Below are positions 17,866 to 26,847 of a DNA stretch of 64,000 bases, piece after piece; the stretch's first letter is position 1, and each line of letters begins with the position of its first letter. A program made the position numbers and the translations under genes. Origin of the DNA: a virus. The stretch covers positions 41,621 through 105,620 of the IMG/VR virus record IMGVR_UViG_3300034072_000926; one strand, written 5' to 3'. The notes under the pieces are model-generated. The model saw nothing but the letters and a program-made list of their open reading frames with translations. It did no database searches and was not told where the DNA came from.

Positions 17866-18408
17866 TTGAAATTAACAGGAGTATTGGTGCTCCTCTCGTT
17901 CCTATTGCTGACGCCAAAACCAGCCGAAGCCGGAACACTACCTAAATACCAAACGCTGCATACTGCGGTCCGTTCACTGAACACGCTCATCCCTGAGATC
18001 AGTGCTGCTAATCGGACCGAACAAGAACAGATGTTGTGCCTCGCACTAAACATCTATCATGAGATTCGTGGGGGGACACCGCGTGATCAGTGGGCAGTTG
18101 CTTTTGTGACACTAAACCGAACCAAGCGTAGCGCCTTCAAAGCGCGCAATGTTTGTGATGTCGTTTGGGCACCAGGGCAATTTAGTTGGACTAGGTGGGC
18201 AATGAGGGCACAGTTGCCACGTGAGAATGGATCATGGAAGGAAAGTCAAAGAAAAGCCTTCCTACTTCTCAGTGGTGAGAAAATGAATGACCCTACGAAC
18301 GGCTCGACGCATTTCTATCAGGCAAGGTTGAATCCTGGTTGGGCCCGTCGCTTAGTTAATAAGGTTCGTATCGGAAGCCATATGTTTGCGAGTTTACCAG
18401 GCAGGTAA
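17866..18408 (+). CDS. SleB-like cell wall hydrolase (Hydrolase_2 family) with N-terminal signal peptide; probable endolysin
   Basis: MKLTGVLVLLSFLLLTPKPAEA signal; LALNIYHEIRG, AVAFVTLNR, APGQFSW, THFY motifs of SleB/CwlJ family. Confidence 0.7.
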   Translation: MKLTGVLVLLSFLLLTPKPAEAGTLPKYQTLHTAVRSLNTLIPEISAANRTEQEQMLCLALNIYHEIRGGTPRDQWAVAFVTLNRTKRSAFKARNVCDVVWAPGQFSWTRWAMRAQLPRENGSWKESQRKAFLLLSGEKMNDPTNGSTHFYQARLNPGWARRLVNKVRIGSHMFASLPGR

Positions 18409-18446
18409 ACTGGGTTTGCCCATTAACTCAAATCCCATAGAAAGGT

Positions 18447-18480
18447 AGAGCCCGGCTTTTAGGCCGGGCTCTTTGTTTCT
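18447..18480 (+). terminator. rho-independent terminator
   Basis: AGAGCCCGGC-ttttag-GCCGGGCTCT 10-bp stem followed by TTGTTTCT. Confidence 0.6.
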
Positions 18481-18497
18481 GCAATGTTTAGGAAGAA

Positions 18498-19055
18498 TTA
18501 CCCTAGGTAAATTGCACTATTTGCACCATGCTCGAAGCATTCAACGCTCACGAGACGCACATCAGGGTTAACCGCATAACGACCTAGTTCGCCCTTCTTC
18601 ATCTTCTCAAGAAGTTCGACGGACTTGTCATAGACTAGCTTGGCGGTCAATTCACAACCCACCCCAGGAACGATACGGAGATCGCACAGACGTCCGACAG
18701 AATAAGGAGTCGGTGTGAAACCGCTGCCGTCTTCTTCGCTAGAAGCTTTGCCATTCCAATTTGCATCTAGAGCAAACTTTGCAAAGGTTTCAAATACTTC
18801 ACGCGCAGGATCATCCTCAGCGACCAAGATCGTGTGGTCAAACATATGATCTAGATAAGCCTTAATGGGCTTCATTCCGCCGAAGTCGAAACACCAGTTC
18901 TTTTCATCAAGCGTTTCAGACTCGAAAACAAACTTGAAGCCTAGCGAGTAGCCATGAAGCGTTGAGCAATGGCTGTGATTTGCCTTCCACTGACGGAAGC
19001 AGCAGGAGAGTCCACGGTCAGTGCCGTAGGTTTTGGTCGATTGATACTTTGCCAT
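18498..19055 (-). CDS. queD: 6-pyruvoyl-tetrahydropterin synthase / QueD-like
   Basis: 185 aa; CxxxHGH-type motif (HSHCSTLHGYS), zinc-binding His pattern and size consistent with PTPS/QueD. Confidence 0.65.
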   Translation of the reverse strand: MAKYQSTKTYGTDRGLSCCFRQWKANHSHCSTLHGYSLGFKFVFESETLDEKNWCFDFGGMKPIKAYLDHMFDHTILVAEDDPAREVFETFAKFALDANWNGKASSEEDGSGFTPTPYSVGRLCDLRIVPGVGCELTAKLVYDKSVELLEKMKKGELGRYAVNPDVRLVSVECFEHGANSAIYLG

Positions 19056-19205
19056 TTTATGTTCTCTTTATCTGGCAACCAGAATCTTTAGAGAGGGTTG
19101 AGTTATTGTCCTCTTATGTCATTTATACAGAAACAGGTGATTAGGCGCAATATATGCGTTGATAATTTCCACCTTAAATAGGATGAACCCTAGAAGGAGA
19201 ATCTT

Positions 19206-19700
19206 ATGGAACTCGGTATCACACAGCCACACATGGCATATCGTTTCAGGCTCGCCAAGTGTCAGCGTTCAATTACTCAGAACGTTGAAACGGTCGAGAT
19301 CGAGAACGTGGCCAAAACTATCAAGATCAAAGTCCGTTCCACTATCCTAGGAAATGACTACGCTGATGCTGTCGCGTTCGCTGATAACAGATCATTTGTG
19401 ATCGATGCGCTTGATGGTATGGGCAATCCTTACTTCGTTATCAAGCCTCTCGAACTGGTCTGCACCTCACACCTGACCAGCTTTGAATATGGTAATTCTG
19501 GCACCTTGTATCACTATTATGAATTCAAATACGATTATATGGGCGTATTCGTGTCAGAAGACGAACAGCCGAATGTTCTGCCAATGGCAAGCGATCCCAA
19601 CTTCCCATCTATTGCAGAGGCTATGGCTGAGTTGGAAAAGAAAGTGACTTCCGCGGCCGAACAAGTTAATAAGGATGATCTAGACAAGGGTACGGAATAA
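19206..19700 (+). CDS. hypothetical protein (164 aa)
   Basis: ORF with TTAAATAGG late-like motif about 30 nt upstream and GGAG RBS. Confidence 0.45.
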   Translation: MELGITQPHMAYRFRLAKCQRSITQNVETVEIENVAKTIKIKVRSTILGNDYADAVAFADNRSFVIDALDGMGNPYFVIKPLELVCTSHLTSFEYGNSGTLYHYYEFKYDYMGVFVSEDEQPNVLPMASDPNFPSIAEAMAELEKKVTSAAEQVNKDDLDKGTE

Positions 19701-19704
19701 AGCA

Positions 19705-20076
19705 ATGCGTGGGCTCACTCCTGACGAACGTGAGATGTGGTCGAAAGTAACCAAGGACGTCACACCCCTTGGTTCTACCCCTATGAGCCCCGTAGAGCAG
19801 TCAATCGTGCTTCCAGCAACCACACCGCGCGCAAAACCTTTCCGACCCGTATTGGACTTGCATGGGCTTACTTTGCACGATGCTTATAATCGTTCAGTTT
19901 CCCATATCGCTAATGCGGCCGGAAAGTATCGCTATGTGGTCATTATTACTGGCTTGAGCGGGCAGATCAGAGAAGAGTTTCCTAAGTGGTTCTCTAATCA
20001 CGCACTCGTGAGATCGATTAACTCACTACGAGGCGGAGGAGCCTGGGAAGTATGGCTGAAGAAAAGAGATACGTAG
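19705..20076 (+). CDS. Smr domain protein
   Basis: LDLHGLTLHDA...YVVIITGLSG...RGGGAWEVWL matches Smr (MutS2 C-terminal) signature. Confidence 0.65.
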   Translation: MRGLTPDEREMWSKVTKDVTPLGSTPMSPVEQSIVLPATTPRAKPFRPVLDLHGLTLHDAYNRSVSHIANAAGKYRYVVIITGLSGQIREEFPKWFSNHALVRSINSLRGGGAWEVWLKKRDT

Positions 20077-20321
20077 ACGCTGATGCATTGATCAATAGTC
20101 TACGCAATATACCCAATCCTGGTTACAACACACCTTATTCAAGTGGCGCCCTAGATAGTCAGGTCAATACCCTGATTAGTCAGGCCATGTCTATGGCCTT
20201 CTCGGTATTCATTACCCAACTCGAGAATGCTATTTCGACGACTGCGAGGCCCTATACCCAGTGTATGCTTTGCACTCGCAAGCCACATGACCCGGATCCA
20301 TTTGCTCCAGACGGTCGTTAA
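20052..20321 (+). CDS. hypothetical small protein
   Basis: 89 aa ORF overlapping neighbours; weak. Confidence 0.25.
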   Translation: MAEEKRYVDADALINSLRNIPNPGYNTPYSSGALDSQVNTLISQAMSMAFSVFITQLENAISTTARPYTQCMLCTRKPHDPDPFAPDGR

Positions 20322-20683
20322 ATCCTGATCTCAATATCTCCACCGAAATCTTTAATATCCTTGGCAATTTCCATGCCATATTCGGTGGAGAAATATCCTT
20401 CAGTGCGAAACGCACCATCACTCTCGCCGCGCCAGAACGACTTGTAGCCAAGCAAGTCAATTGCGATGAGCCGCTTGAGTTCCTCAACCTTGAACCCCTT
20501 GCAGAGCTGAGACACTTCGCCCCTGGTCAGATACAAGTCATCAGGAGTTTCTGCCGATAGCTTCTTCATGATCAGCTTCGTGTGGAAAGCCTTGAGGAAA
20601 TTATAGGCCGGGCTGTCTTCGGTAATGACAGCGTAGCTCTTGCCGTCAATGACTTCGATATCATACATAAGGTCTTGCCTCAC
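20318..20683 (-). CDS. hypothetical protein (121 aa)
   Basis: ORF track; no family tail. Confidence 0.4.
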   Translation of the reverse strand: MRQDLMYDIEVIDGKSYAVITEDSPAYNFLKAFHTKLIMKKLSAETPDDLYLTRGEVSQLCKGFKVEELKRLIAIDLLGYKSFWRGESDGAFRTEGYFSTEYGMEIAKDIKDFGGDIEIRI

Positions 20684-20954
20684 AGATTAGATCGTCGTAC
20701 CAGGTCAGTTTCGCAAGCACCGCGTCCTTGGGATTCTTGAACGAGATGTTTCGACCGCTTTTCATATCATCGATGCTATATAGATCAGTGGTATGGTTGT
20801 TCAACCATATTGTTTCCTGCATAGACGGCGAACGATTCAGACCCAATTGGGTCTTGAAACGCAGGTTGCGCTTGCGATGAGGATGACGAAACACCTTGAG
20901 CTTGATGGCATCCTGGCGAGTCATTTTCTTCACGATGTCACTGAGCTTCTTCAT
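20661..20954 (-). CDS. FKLxWGG-tail family member (divergent tail)
   Basis: 97 aa; C-terminal region DAVLAKLTWYDD. Confidence 0.45.
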   Translation of the reverse strand: MKKLSDIVKKMTRQDAIKLKVFRHPHRKRNLRFKTQLGLNRSPSMQETIWLNNHTTDLYSIDDMKSGRNISFKNPKDAVLAKLTWYDDLICEARPYV

Positions 20955-21178
20955 CTTCCACCAAAGGTCAGCTTGAACAACATTGCAGTCTTATGATCCT
21001 TGAATGTCCAGTCCACCCAACAGTGGGTCTGATCATTACAAGCCTTGAACGAGTAGTCATGCCATACTGACAGACCCTTACCAAGCATCCAATGAGCACA
21101 TTCGGGAAAGGCATCAACGACATTACTGCCGATGGGATAGCCGTCCTTGAGCTTAGAGGTCCGAACAGTGACGGTCAT
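20951..21178 (-). CDS. FKLxWGG-tail paralog family member
   Basis: 75 aa; C-terminus TAMLFKLTFGGR; 4-nt overlaps both sides. Confidence 0.55.
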   Translation of the reverse strand: MTVTVRTSKLKDGYPIGSNVVDAFPECAHWMLGKGLSVWHDYSFKACNDQTHCWVDWTFKDHKTAMLFKLTFGGR

Positions 21179-21462
21179 TTTCCGCCGAACCGCAACTTGA
21201 ACAAAGCCGCGAGATCCTTGCTTGGGAAATAGAACTTAGTGACTTCGTATTCACCGTTCTCTGTCGAGCAGGACATATCGAATCCGTGGGCATCGCACCA
21301 ATCAACAACTTCAGGCCCAACCTTGTAGTTGAATGTGTCTCCATATTTGCCACAGGGAACCTTGATCAGGTACGGACGAATATCGAAGACTAGTTCAAAC
21401 TTTCCTTGCCGCTCCTTTTTAAGATTGGCAAGGAAAGCCTCGACTTGCTCTCTGGAAGCCAT
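21175..21462 (-). CDS. FKLxWGG-tail paralog family member
   Basis: C-terminus LAALFKLRFGGK; likely ATG at 21462 forming TAATG with CCA-enzyme stop (track start 21516). Confidence 0.55.
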   Translation of the reverse strand: MASREQVEAFLANLKKERQGKFELVFDIRPYLIKVPCGKYGDTFNYKVGPEVVDWCDAHGFDMSCSTENGEYEVTKFYFPSKDLAALFKLRFGGK

Positions 21463-22616
21463 TATTCGACCTCCAGCAGTTCTTCCTTGGTCTTCGTCCA
21501 GCGACTGAACGTCCAAGCCTGCTTCATCCGATTCAGCTTCTGACCCATTTCCGGACCGGGCTTCATGCCCATATCCAGCAAGTCCTTACCACGAACCGGG
21601 AAGGTCGGGATCTCGAAGTTGCGAGCATAATCGGCCAGCAACGTCTCGCCCTGCACTTCTGCAAAGCTCACGACATGATCCCGAGGGAACTCGTCCCGAG
21701 TCAGCATCACTTCGATCCGCTGTTCGTCCAGGAACACGCCGCGGTTGCGGATCATGTTCCGAACCTTTGCCTCTTCCGGCGAGCTCATCTTCCAGAACTT
21801 GAAGAACTTCTCTTCATCAGTGCTGGCGACCAGCGTAGCCAGTGCGGCCAGCGCATCATCGGCACGGGTCAGTTCAGCGGGGTTGAAGCGGAAGATGCCC
21901 AGTGCCCGATTGACCTGAGTCTTGAAGATCGCGTCCACGATCCGCGTCCGACCCGGCATCTTGGGATCCAGCAGCTTCTGCATTTCCAGCCAGAACCGCT
22001 CAACGCTTACGACGTTCAGCTTGTCCAGAACTTCACCCTCAGCGAAGATATCCAGCGTGTCCTGATCCATCGAAGCATCGAATCGTGCTGCGAAGCGGAA
22101 GTAGCGCAGGATACGCAGGTAGTCCTCTTCAACGCGCTTGCGCGCATCGCCGACGAACCGAACGACCTTGGCTTCCAGATCCGCCCGACCATTGAAGTAG
22201 TCGAAGACTTCGCCCTTCATGTCCATCGACATTGCGTTGATGGTCAGGTCGCGCCGTTCTGCATCGACTTCGAAGCTGCGAGTGAATTCCACCGTTGCAT
22301 GACGACCGTCAGTCTCAGTGTCGATCCGCAGCGTGGTGACTTCGAAGGGTTCGCCATCAACGACCAGCGTAGCCGTGCCGTGCTGGATACCGGTCGGGAT
22401 AAAACCGAACTTGTTGATCTCTGCGATGATCTTCATTTCGTCCGGCGTTGCATCGGTTGCGAAGTCGATATCCTTGGGTTCCACACCCAGCAGCGCATCA
22501 CGAACACAGCCGCCGACGAACCGGACCTCATGACCCGCCATATCGAAGGCTTTCATCAGCTTCTTCGTCTTCGGGGTCATCAGTTTGTCCAGCATGTCGA
22601 TCTCCTTGTTGTTCAT
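21462..22616 (-). CDS. cca: CCA-adding tRNA nucleotidyltransferase
   Basis: 384 aa; FVGGCVRDALLG...DIDFAT head-domain motifs of class II CCA/poly(A) polymerase family. Confidence 0.85.
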   Translation of the reverse strand: MNNKEIDMLDKLMTPKTKKLMKAFDMAGHEVRFVGGCVRDALLGVEPKDIDFATDATPDEMKIIAEINKFGFIPTGIQHGTATLVVDGEPFEVTTLRIDTETDGRHATVEFTRSFEVDAERRDLTINAMSMDMKGEVFDYFNGRADLEAKVVRFVGDARKRVEEDYLRILRYFRFAARFDASMDQDTLDIFAEGEVLDKLNVVSVERFWLEMQKLLDPKMPGRTRIVDAIFKTQVNRALGIFRFNPAELTRADDALAALATLVASTDEEKFFKFWKMSSPEEAKVRNMIRNRGVFLDEQRIEVMLTRDEFPRDHVVSFAEVQGETLLADYARNFEIPTFPVRGKDLLDMGMKPGPEMGQKLNRMKQAWTFSRWTKTKEELLEVE

Positions 22617-22639
22617 GTAACGCTTCTAGCATGAACAGG

Positions 22640-22885
22640 TTAGGAGTCAACCGATATTATTTCTGTATTCCATGACAATTTTGCTAACATTGCGGTTTCT
22701 TTTGAAACTACTAAATGCCAAACAGCCGGCCCAGGCCACATTTCATGCTGGATTTTAACTCTTTCCAAACCCTTACTTCGAGAAGCATTTTCAATATCAA
22801 ATTGCCATTCGGGTTCGTATCTGTCTAACCATTCTAATAATTCTTCAGTTTGGTTCGGCATTGCTTCTATGTAGAGATGGATCAT
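22640..22885 (-). CDS. FKLxWGG-tail family member (divergent tail)
   Basis: 81 aa; C-terminal TAMLAKLSWNTE. Confidence 0.45.
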   Translation of the reverse strand: MIHLYIEAMPNQTEELLEWLDRYEPEWQFDIENASRSKGLERVKIQHEMWPGPAVWHLVVSKETAMLAKLSWNTEIISVDS

Positions 22886-23667
22886 ACCAGATCCTTCGGA
22901 TCTACTGAACTATTTGCGATCTTCGCAAGACGCCGGTCTTCAATGACCTGCCAGCGACGAGCCATTTCAGCACGAACCTCATCGACGGCTTGTTGCCATT
23001 CAGGCTTTACATAGAGCAAGACTGCGATCTTCCACATCAGCAGATTCTTAGCGTCTTTGCGCTTTTCCTTAACCTTGACCTTCTTCTCTTGAAGCCGGGC
23101 AGCTTTCATCTTGCAGTAGACGCGCCATGCCTCTGGATTCTGTCGCAGTTTCAGGAACTTGTTGAACTTCATGTCGCCGCGCAGGTTGTTGCACCCGCTA
23201 CAGGACATCACAACATTGCTCAGGTGATCCGTGCCGCCTTTGCCTTGACACACGATATGCTCAAGGGTTGCTCGACGATTATTGGAAATCGGAGTATCAC
23301 CGGGAAGCCAGGATTTCTGACCACAGAAGTAGCAGAGGCCGCCTTGAAGATGAAACATCTTAGTGGTCTTGCGACGACGAGCATTGGTGAACTTTGTGTA
23401 CCACTCCTCTTTCGCTTCAGGAGTCGTCCACTTTTTACGGACGGCGCGTCCGATTAGTTGAGTGTAGCTGATCCCACCCGAGAGCTTTCCAGGCTTTTTG
23501 CTTTGCACGACGGCAAAGTCGAACGGGAAAGACAATGGGCCAGAAGATCCAATAGTTCCAGTTGATGGAACCGCGGCGCTTGGGGCTGATTCCACACTTG
23601 ACGACGTATGGGATGAGCAAGATGAGACACAGGACGAATACGACGTTTTTGCCTCTGTCGCTACCAC
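22882..23667 (-). CDS. HNH endonuclease
   Basis: 261 aa; CYFCG...ATLEHIVCQGKGGTDHLSNVVMSCSGCNNLRG HNH/zinc motif; Ser-rich N-terminus. Confidence 0.7.
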   Translation of the reverse strand: MVATEAKTSYSSCVSSCSSHTSSSVESAPSAAVPSTGTIGSSGPLSFPFDFAVVQSKKPGKLSGGISYTQLIGRAVRKKWTTPEAKEEWYTKFTNARRRKTTKMFHLQGGLCYFCGQKSWLPGDTPISNNRRATLEHIVCQGKGGTDHLSNVVMSCSGCNNLRGDMKFNKFLKLRQNPEAWRVYCKMKAARLQEKKVKVKEKRKDAKNLLMWKIAVLLYVKPEWQQAVDEVRAEMARRWQVIEDRRLAKIANSSVDPKDLV

Positions 23668-23710
23668 CCGAAAACACTCCCATAACTACCTCCGTTGCTC
23701 ACCGCTTACG

Positions 23711-23932
23711 TTAGAGTCCGCCCCATGTCAACTTGAATAGTGACGCGATGTTAGGGTTGGCGAACATAAAATGGTGCTTGCCTTTGTGCGGTCCACAGTA
23801 GAGATAATCATGACGAATATTGAGGCCTTGCTCGTCAACCCAATCGATCAGGTCGGATATAGGGTGACTATCGCTGACTAGGATTTTGACCATATTTTCT
23901 AGTGGAATCAATACCGCCATTAGAAACCCCAA
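23711..23932 (-). CDS. FKLxWGG-tail paralog family member
   Basis: 73 aa; C-terminus ASLFKLTWGGL. Confidence 0.55.
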   Translation of the reverse strand: MGFLMAVLIPLENMVKILVSDSHPISDLIDWVDEQGLNIRHDYLYCGPHKGKHHFMFANPNIASLFKLTWGGL

Positions 23933-24615
23933 TTCTCACGTTCGTTCTCTTCCCTGAGGAGACGTTCGAGTTCATCATCCTCAAAATCGTCATCATCCTC
24001 GTTCAGACCTTCATGATCTGCGGTCTTACTGATCCACTTCTCTGCATCGAAGTCGTTGATCTCAAAGTCACGATACAGACCAACAACCCTGACATGATAG
24101 AATGTCGAATTCTCGAAACTCTCATAGGTGACCTGCTGGCAATAGAGGCCGAACGCTGCCAAACCCTGAGTCAGAGCAATCGAATCCATCATCTTCATGC
24201 CGACCCTAACATAAAAGTTGATGGTCAGATTGAATCCCGGTCCGTTGACCTCTTCTTCCGAATAGCCGTTGTGTCCATATGTGGTCGAGATGTTATCGTC
24301 AGCCATAACGCTTACGATCTCGGCCTTATAGAAATTGAGACCTGCTCGGTCCTTATCCAGTATGTTGAACGGACAGGCTTGGACCTCGAATGGCTTTTGA
24401 AGCCATGCCTCAAGTTCATCCAGACTATGGAAGTTCTGAACGTCTTGGCGAATAGGCAAATATTGCCTGATTGCAAGACGCAATGACCGATAATCCTGAG
24501 CACGTTTGCCCCAGGACCCATTGATCAGAACAGTCATGTTGTCGAGCAGGCTATTGTAATAGTTCCGCCACATTCGTAGCGGATACTGCTCGTTTGTGAC
24601 TAGGCTGCGTTTCAT
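23920..24615 (-). CDS. hypothetical protein with acidic C-terminus (231 aa)
   Basis: ORF track. Confidence 0.45.
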   Translation of the reverse strand: MKRSLVTNEQYPLRMWRNYYNSLLDNMTVLINGSWGKRAQDYRSLRLAIRQYLPIRQDVQNFHSLDELEAWLQKPFEVQACPFNILDKDRAGLNFYKAEIVSVMADDNISTTYGHNGYSEEEVNGPGFNLTINFYVRVGMKMMDSIALTQGLAAFGLYCQQVTYESFENSTFYHVRVVGLYRDFEINDFDAEKWISKTADHEGLNEDDDDFEDDELERLLREENERENWGF

Positions 24616-25736
24616 CGCACTTCCTTGATCCGATTCATTAACGTGGACTTCTTGCCCTTATATTCGTCATGCTTCTTGACAGTGCCCCTGATCCGAACAC
24701 GCTTACCTTCCTTGCCACGGAATACTGGCTTAGTGGCGAACCACTTGTAGACATTGCCAGAGTGATCATGGAAGCTATGGAGGAAGCATGTATCGAGAGT
24801 CCGAACATTGTCCACGATGACTTCCACTTCAAGCTTCTGATCGATCACGCCTTGGAATTCACTGCTCAGGGGTCCAGTGCGATTGCGCGAATAATACACG
24901 CCTACGATCGAGGCCGCGATGCCAATGCTCCGTTCCTCGAGTGCTTCGCTGTTGGCGACTACATGGCAGTTGTGCTCATAGTCAGAGAGTTCGCCCTCGA
25001 GTCCCCGTGCCCAGTCAAGAGCAGCGTTTGCGAGGTTCCGTGCTGCGCTGGAGGCCAGAGGAAGCTGGCGGCTCATTGAGCCCCATACGCGATCTGAGGT
25101 GCTCTGATATCCAGTCTCACGAGCAACCCGGCGACTCACGAAGCCATTTTCCAGGATGCTTGATGCACAGAGGGTCATGAAGTCCTCAGTATCGATCCAG
25201 CGATAATCCCGAAGCGAAGAGGAGTCGAAATTGCGAACACCACGTGCAAATTCGCCGATACTGGCGACCAGTTCAGCCATCTTGGCCCATTTGTCTGCGT
25301 CTCCGTGACCGAGGAAGTCCTTGAGGCACGAACTGCCAACTTGCTTGAAGCCATGATCTTCATGGAAGACCACGAACGTATCACGCCGACGACGCTTGTG
25401 ACCGCAATGGTCACAGGATGGATCACTGTGGCGATATTCCTCTGGGAGATCGCGAAGACCAGTGGTGCGGACGATATTGCCAGTCTCATTGCCGTGGTCG
25501 ATTCGTGCCACAAACTCCCAGCCGTCCAGCTTGGGTTCGGGGAAGGCAACGAAGACCTCGTTGATACGATGTCCGTAGAATTTGGATTGTTTGTTCTCTT
25601 CCTTGTGGAAGCCCACAACAGTGAGGAAGAGCCGCTCGCCGGTCAGACGCTTTGCGCGCTTGGCGAGAGTCTCGAGCTTGGCCTTAAACCATTCGAAGCC
25701 GTCTGCGGGAATTTCGTAAGTTTTGCCTTCAGCCAC
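24612..25736 (-). CDS. hypothetical protein (374 aa) with CxxC..HxxH cluster
   Basis: ORF track; CDHCGHKRRRR motif. Confidence 0.5.
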   Translation of the reverse strand: MAEGKTYEIPADGFEWFKAKLETLAKRAKRLTGERLFLTVVGFHKEENKQSKFYGHRINEVFVAFPEPKLDGWEFVARIDHGNETGNIVRTTGLRDLPEEYRHSDPSCDHCGHKRRRRDTFVVFHEDHGFKQVGSSCLKDFLGHGDADKWAKMAELVASIGEFARGVRNFDSSSLRDYRWIDTEDFMTLCASSILENGFVSRRVARETGYQSTSDRVWGSMSRQLPLASSAARNLANAALDWARGLEGELSDYEHNCHVVANSEALEERSIGIAASIVGVYYSRNRTGPLSSEFQGVIDQKLEVEVIVDNVRTLDTCFLHSFHDHSGNVYKWFATKPVFRGKEGKRVRIRGTVKKHDEYKGKKSTLMNRIKEVR

Positions 25737-25789
25737 GTTCGATCTCCTGTTGTGTTATTTCGTATCATAACATCAAACAGGATTGAGTC

Positions 25790-25835
25790 AACCAGAAAAG
25801 GTGAAGCCCCTATCAGTTCTACCAATAGGGGCTTT
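25790..25835 (-). terminator. rho-independent terminator after Ig-like protein gene
   Basis: AGCCCCTAT/ATAGGGGCT 9-bp stem; minus strand followed by TCACCTTTTCT. Confidence 0.5.
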
Positions 25836-25839
25836 CTAA

Positions 25840-26811
25840 TTAGTCGTTAGGCGCTAATGCGTTCACATTGAATGTAGCGACAACCGCAGGAGTTCCGTCC
25901 TTTGGAGTAGCAGTTGCGGTGATCTTATAGAGACCTTCCTTATAGCTAGGATGGATAAAGCTCACACGCTGGATGTTCTGAAGGATATCACCCTTTTCGC
26001 TCACATAGGAGTCTGTGATCGTGCCATACGGGCTATTGATCACAATAGTATCATTGCGATTTACTAGGAAGAAGTTACCGATCGCGATCCCATCCTTCTC
26101 AAAAGCAATTGAGATATCATAGAGATCGGTCAGCTTATGATTGCCTGGATTCTGCTTTAGACCAAAAGCAAAGCGCAGGTTCCAATCTTCCTTGATCTGA
26201 TTGCCAGAAGCATTCACTGCCTTAGACAATAGCTGGAAGGTATAGGTTCCGCTCACTGAGTCAGGATTGCCCGAAGACGAACCCCTGAAGCCTGGACCAA
26301 CTGCAACCTCAATACGACCGTCAGTTGCAACCTGCATCTTGTTGATAGGATTAGTATTACCAAGAAGCATGTAGGAAGTGCTTGGCTTGCGGAACTGGGT
26401 TCCAAGCGAGCTATTTGCAGTTGAGGTAGGAGCCACAACAGTTGCGGCCTCGATTGGGTTCTCGACAGTTTCGATCGTGAAGGCAGAGTTACCCGTTGCA
26501 TTCCAGCTTGCCTGTTCGCCAGTGCTAGTAGTCAGAACTCGACCCTTGAAGCCGTCGACCTGAACGATCTGACCAACGCTATTCATAACATTGACGCTCA
26601 TTTCACCAGGGGCTAGATCTTCAGCGGGCTTTGCGACAAGCTTGGACCTCACTTCTTCACCATCGACGTTGATGATGAATTCACGGGTTGCAGTCTGCTT
26701 TACGAGGTAACCCTCAACTTCGCTGCCGTCCACAATAGTCTTGCAACGGATCGCGTCTGGTCCAAAGAACTTCTTACTTACAGGACGTCCCATATCATTC
26801 TCCTTAATCAA
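25840..26811 (-). CDS. virion-associated protein with Ig-like repeats (paralog A)
   Basis: 323 aa; N-terminus MGRPVSKKFFG shared with next gene; Ser/Thr/Gly-rich beta-rich C-terminal region. Confidence 0.5.
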   Translation of the reverse strand: MIKENDMGRPVSKKFFGPDAIRCKTIVDGSEVEGYLVKQTATREFIINVDGEEVRSKLVAKPAEDLAPGEMSVNVMNSVGQIVQVDGFKGRVLTTSTGEQASWNATGNSAFTIETVENPIEAATVVAPTSTANSSLGTQFRKPSTSYMLLGNTNPINKMQVATDGRIEVAVGPGFRGSSSGNPDSVSGTYTFQLLSKAVNASGNQIKEDWNLRFAFGLKQNPGNHKLTDLYDISIAFEKDGIAIGNFFLVNRNDTIVINSPYGTITDSYVSEKGDILQNIQRVSFIHPSYKEGLYKITATATPKDGTPAVVATFNVNALAPND

Positions 26812-26847
26812 AGAAATAGGGTAGTGTTTCCACTACCCTATTGTCTA

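Noticed and set aside
21675-22634. 319-aa plus-strand ORF
   Set aside because: Lies entirely antisense within the well-supported CCA-adding enzyme gene; composition is Arg/His/Gln-rich and low-complexity, typical of a GC-skewed antisense frame.
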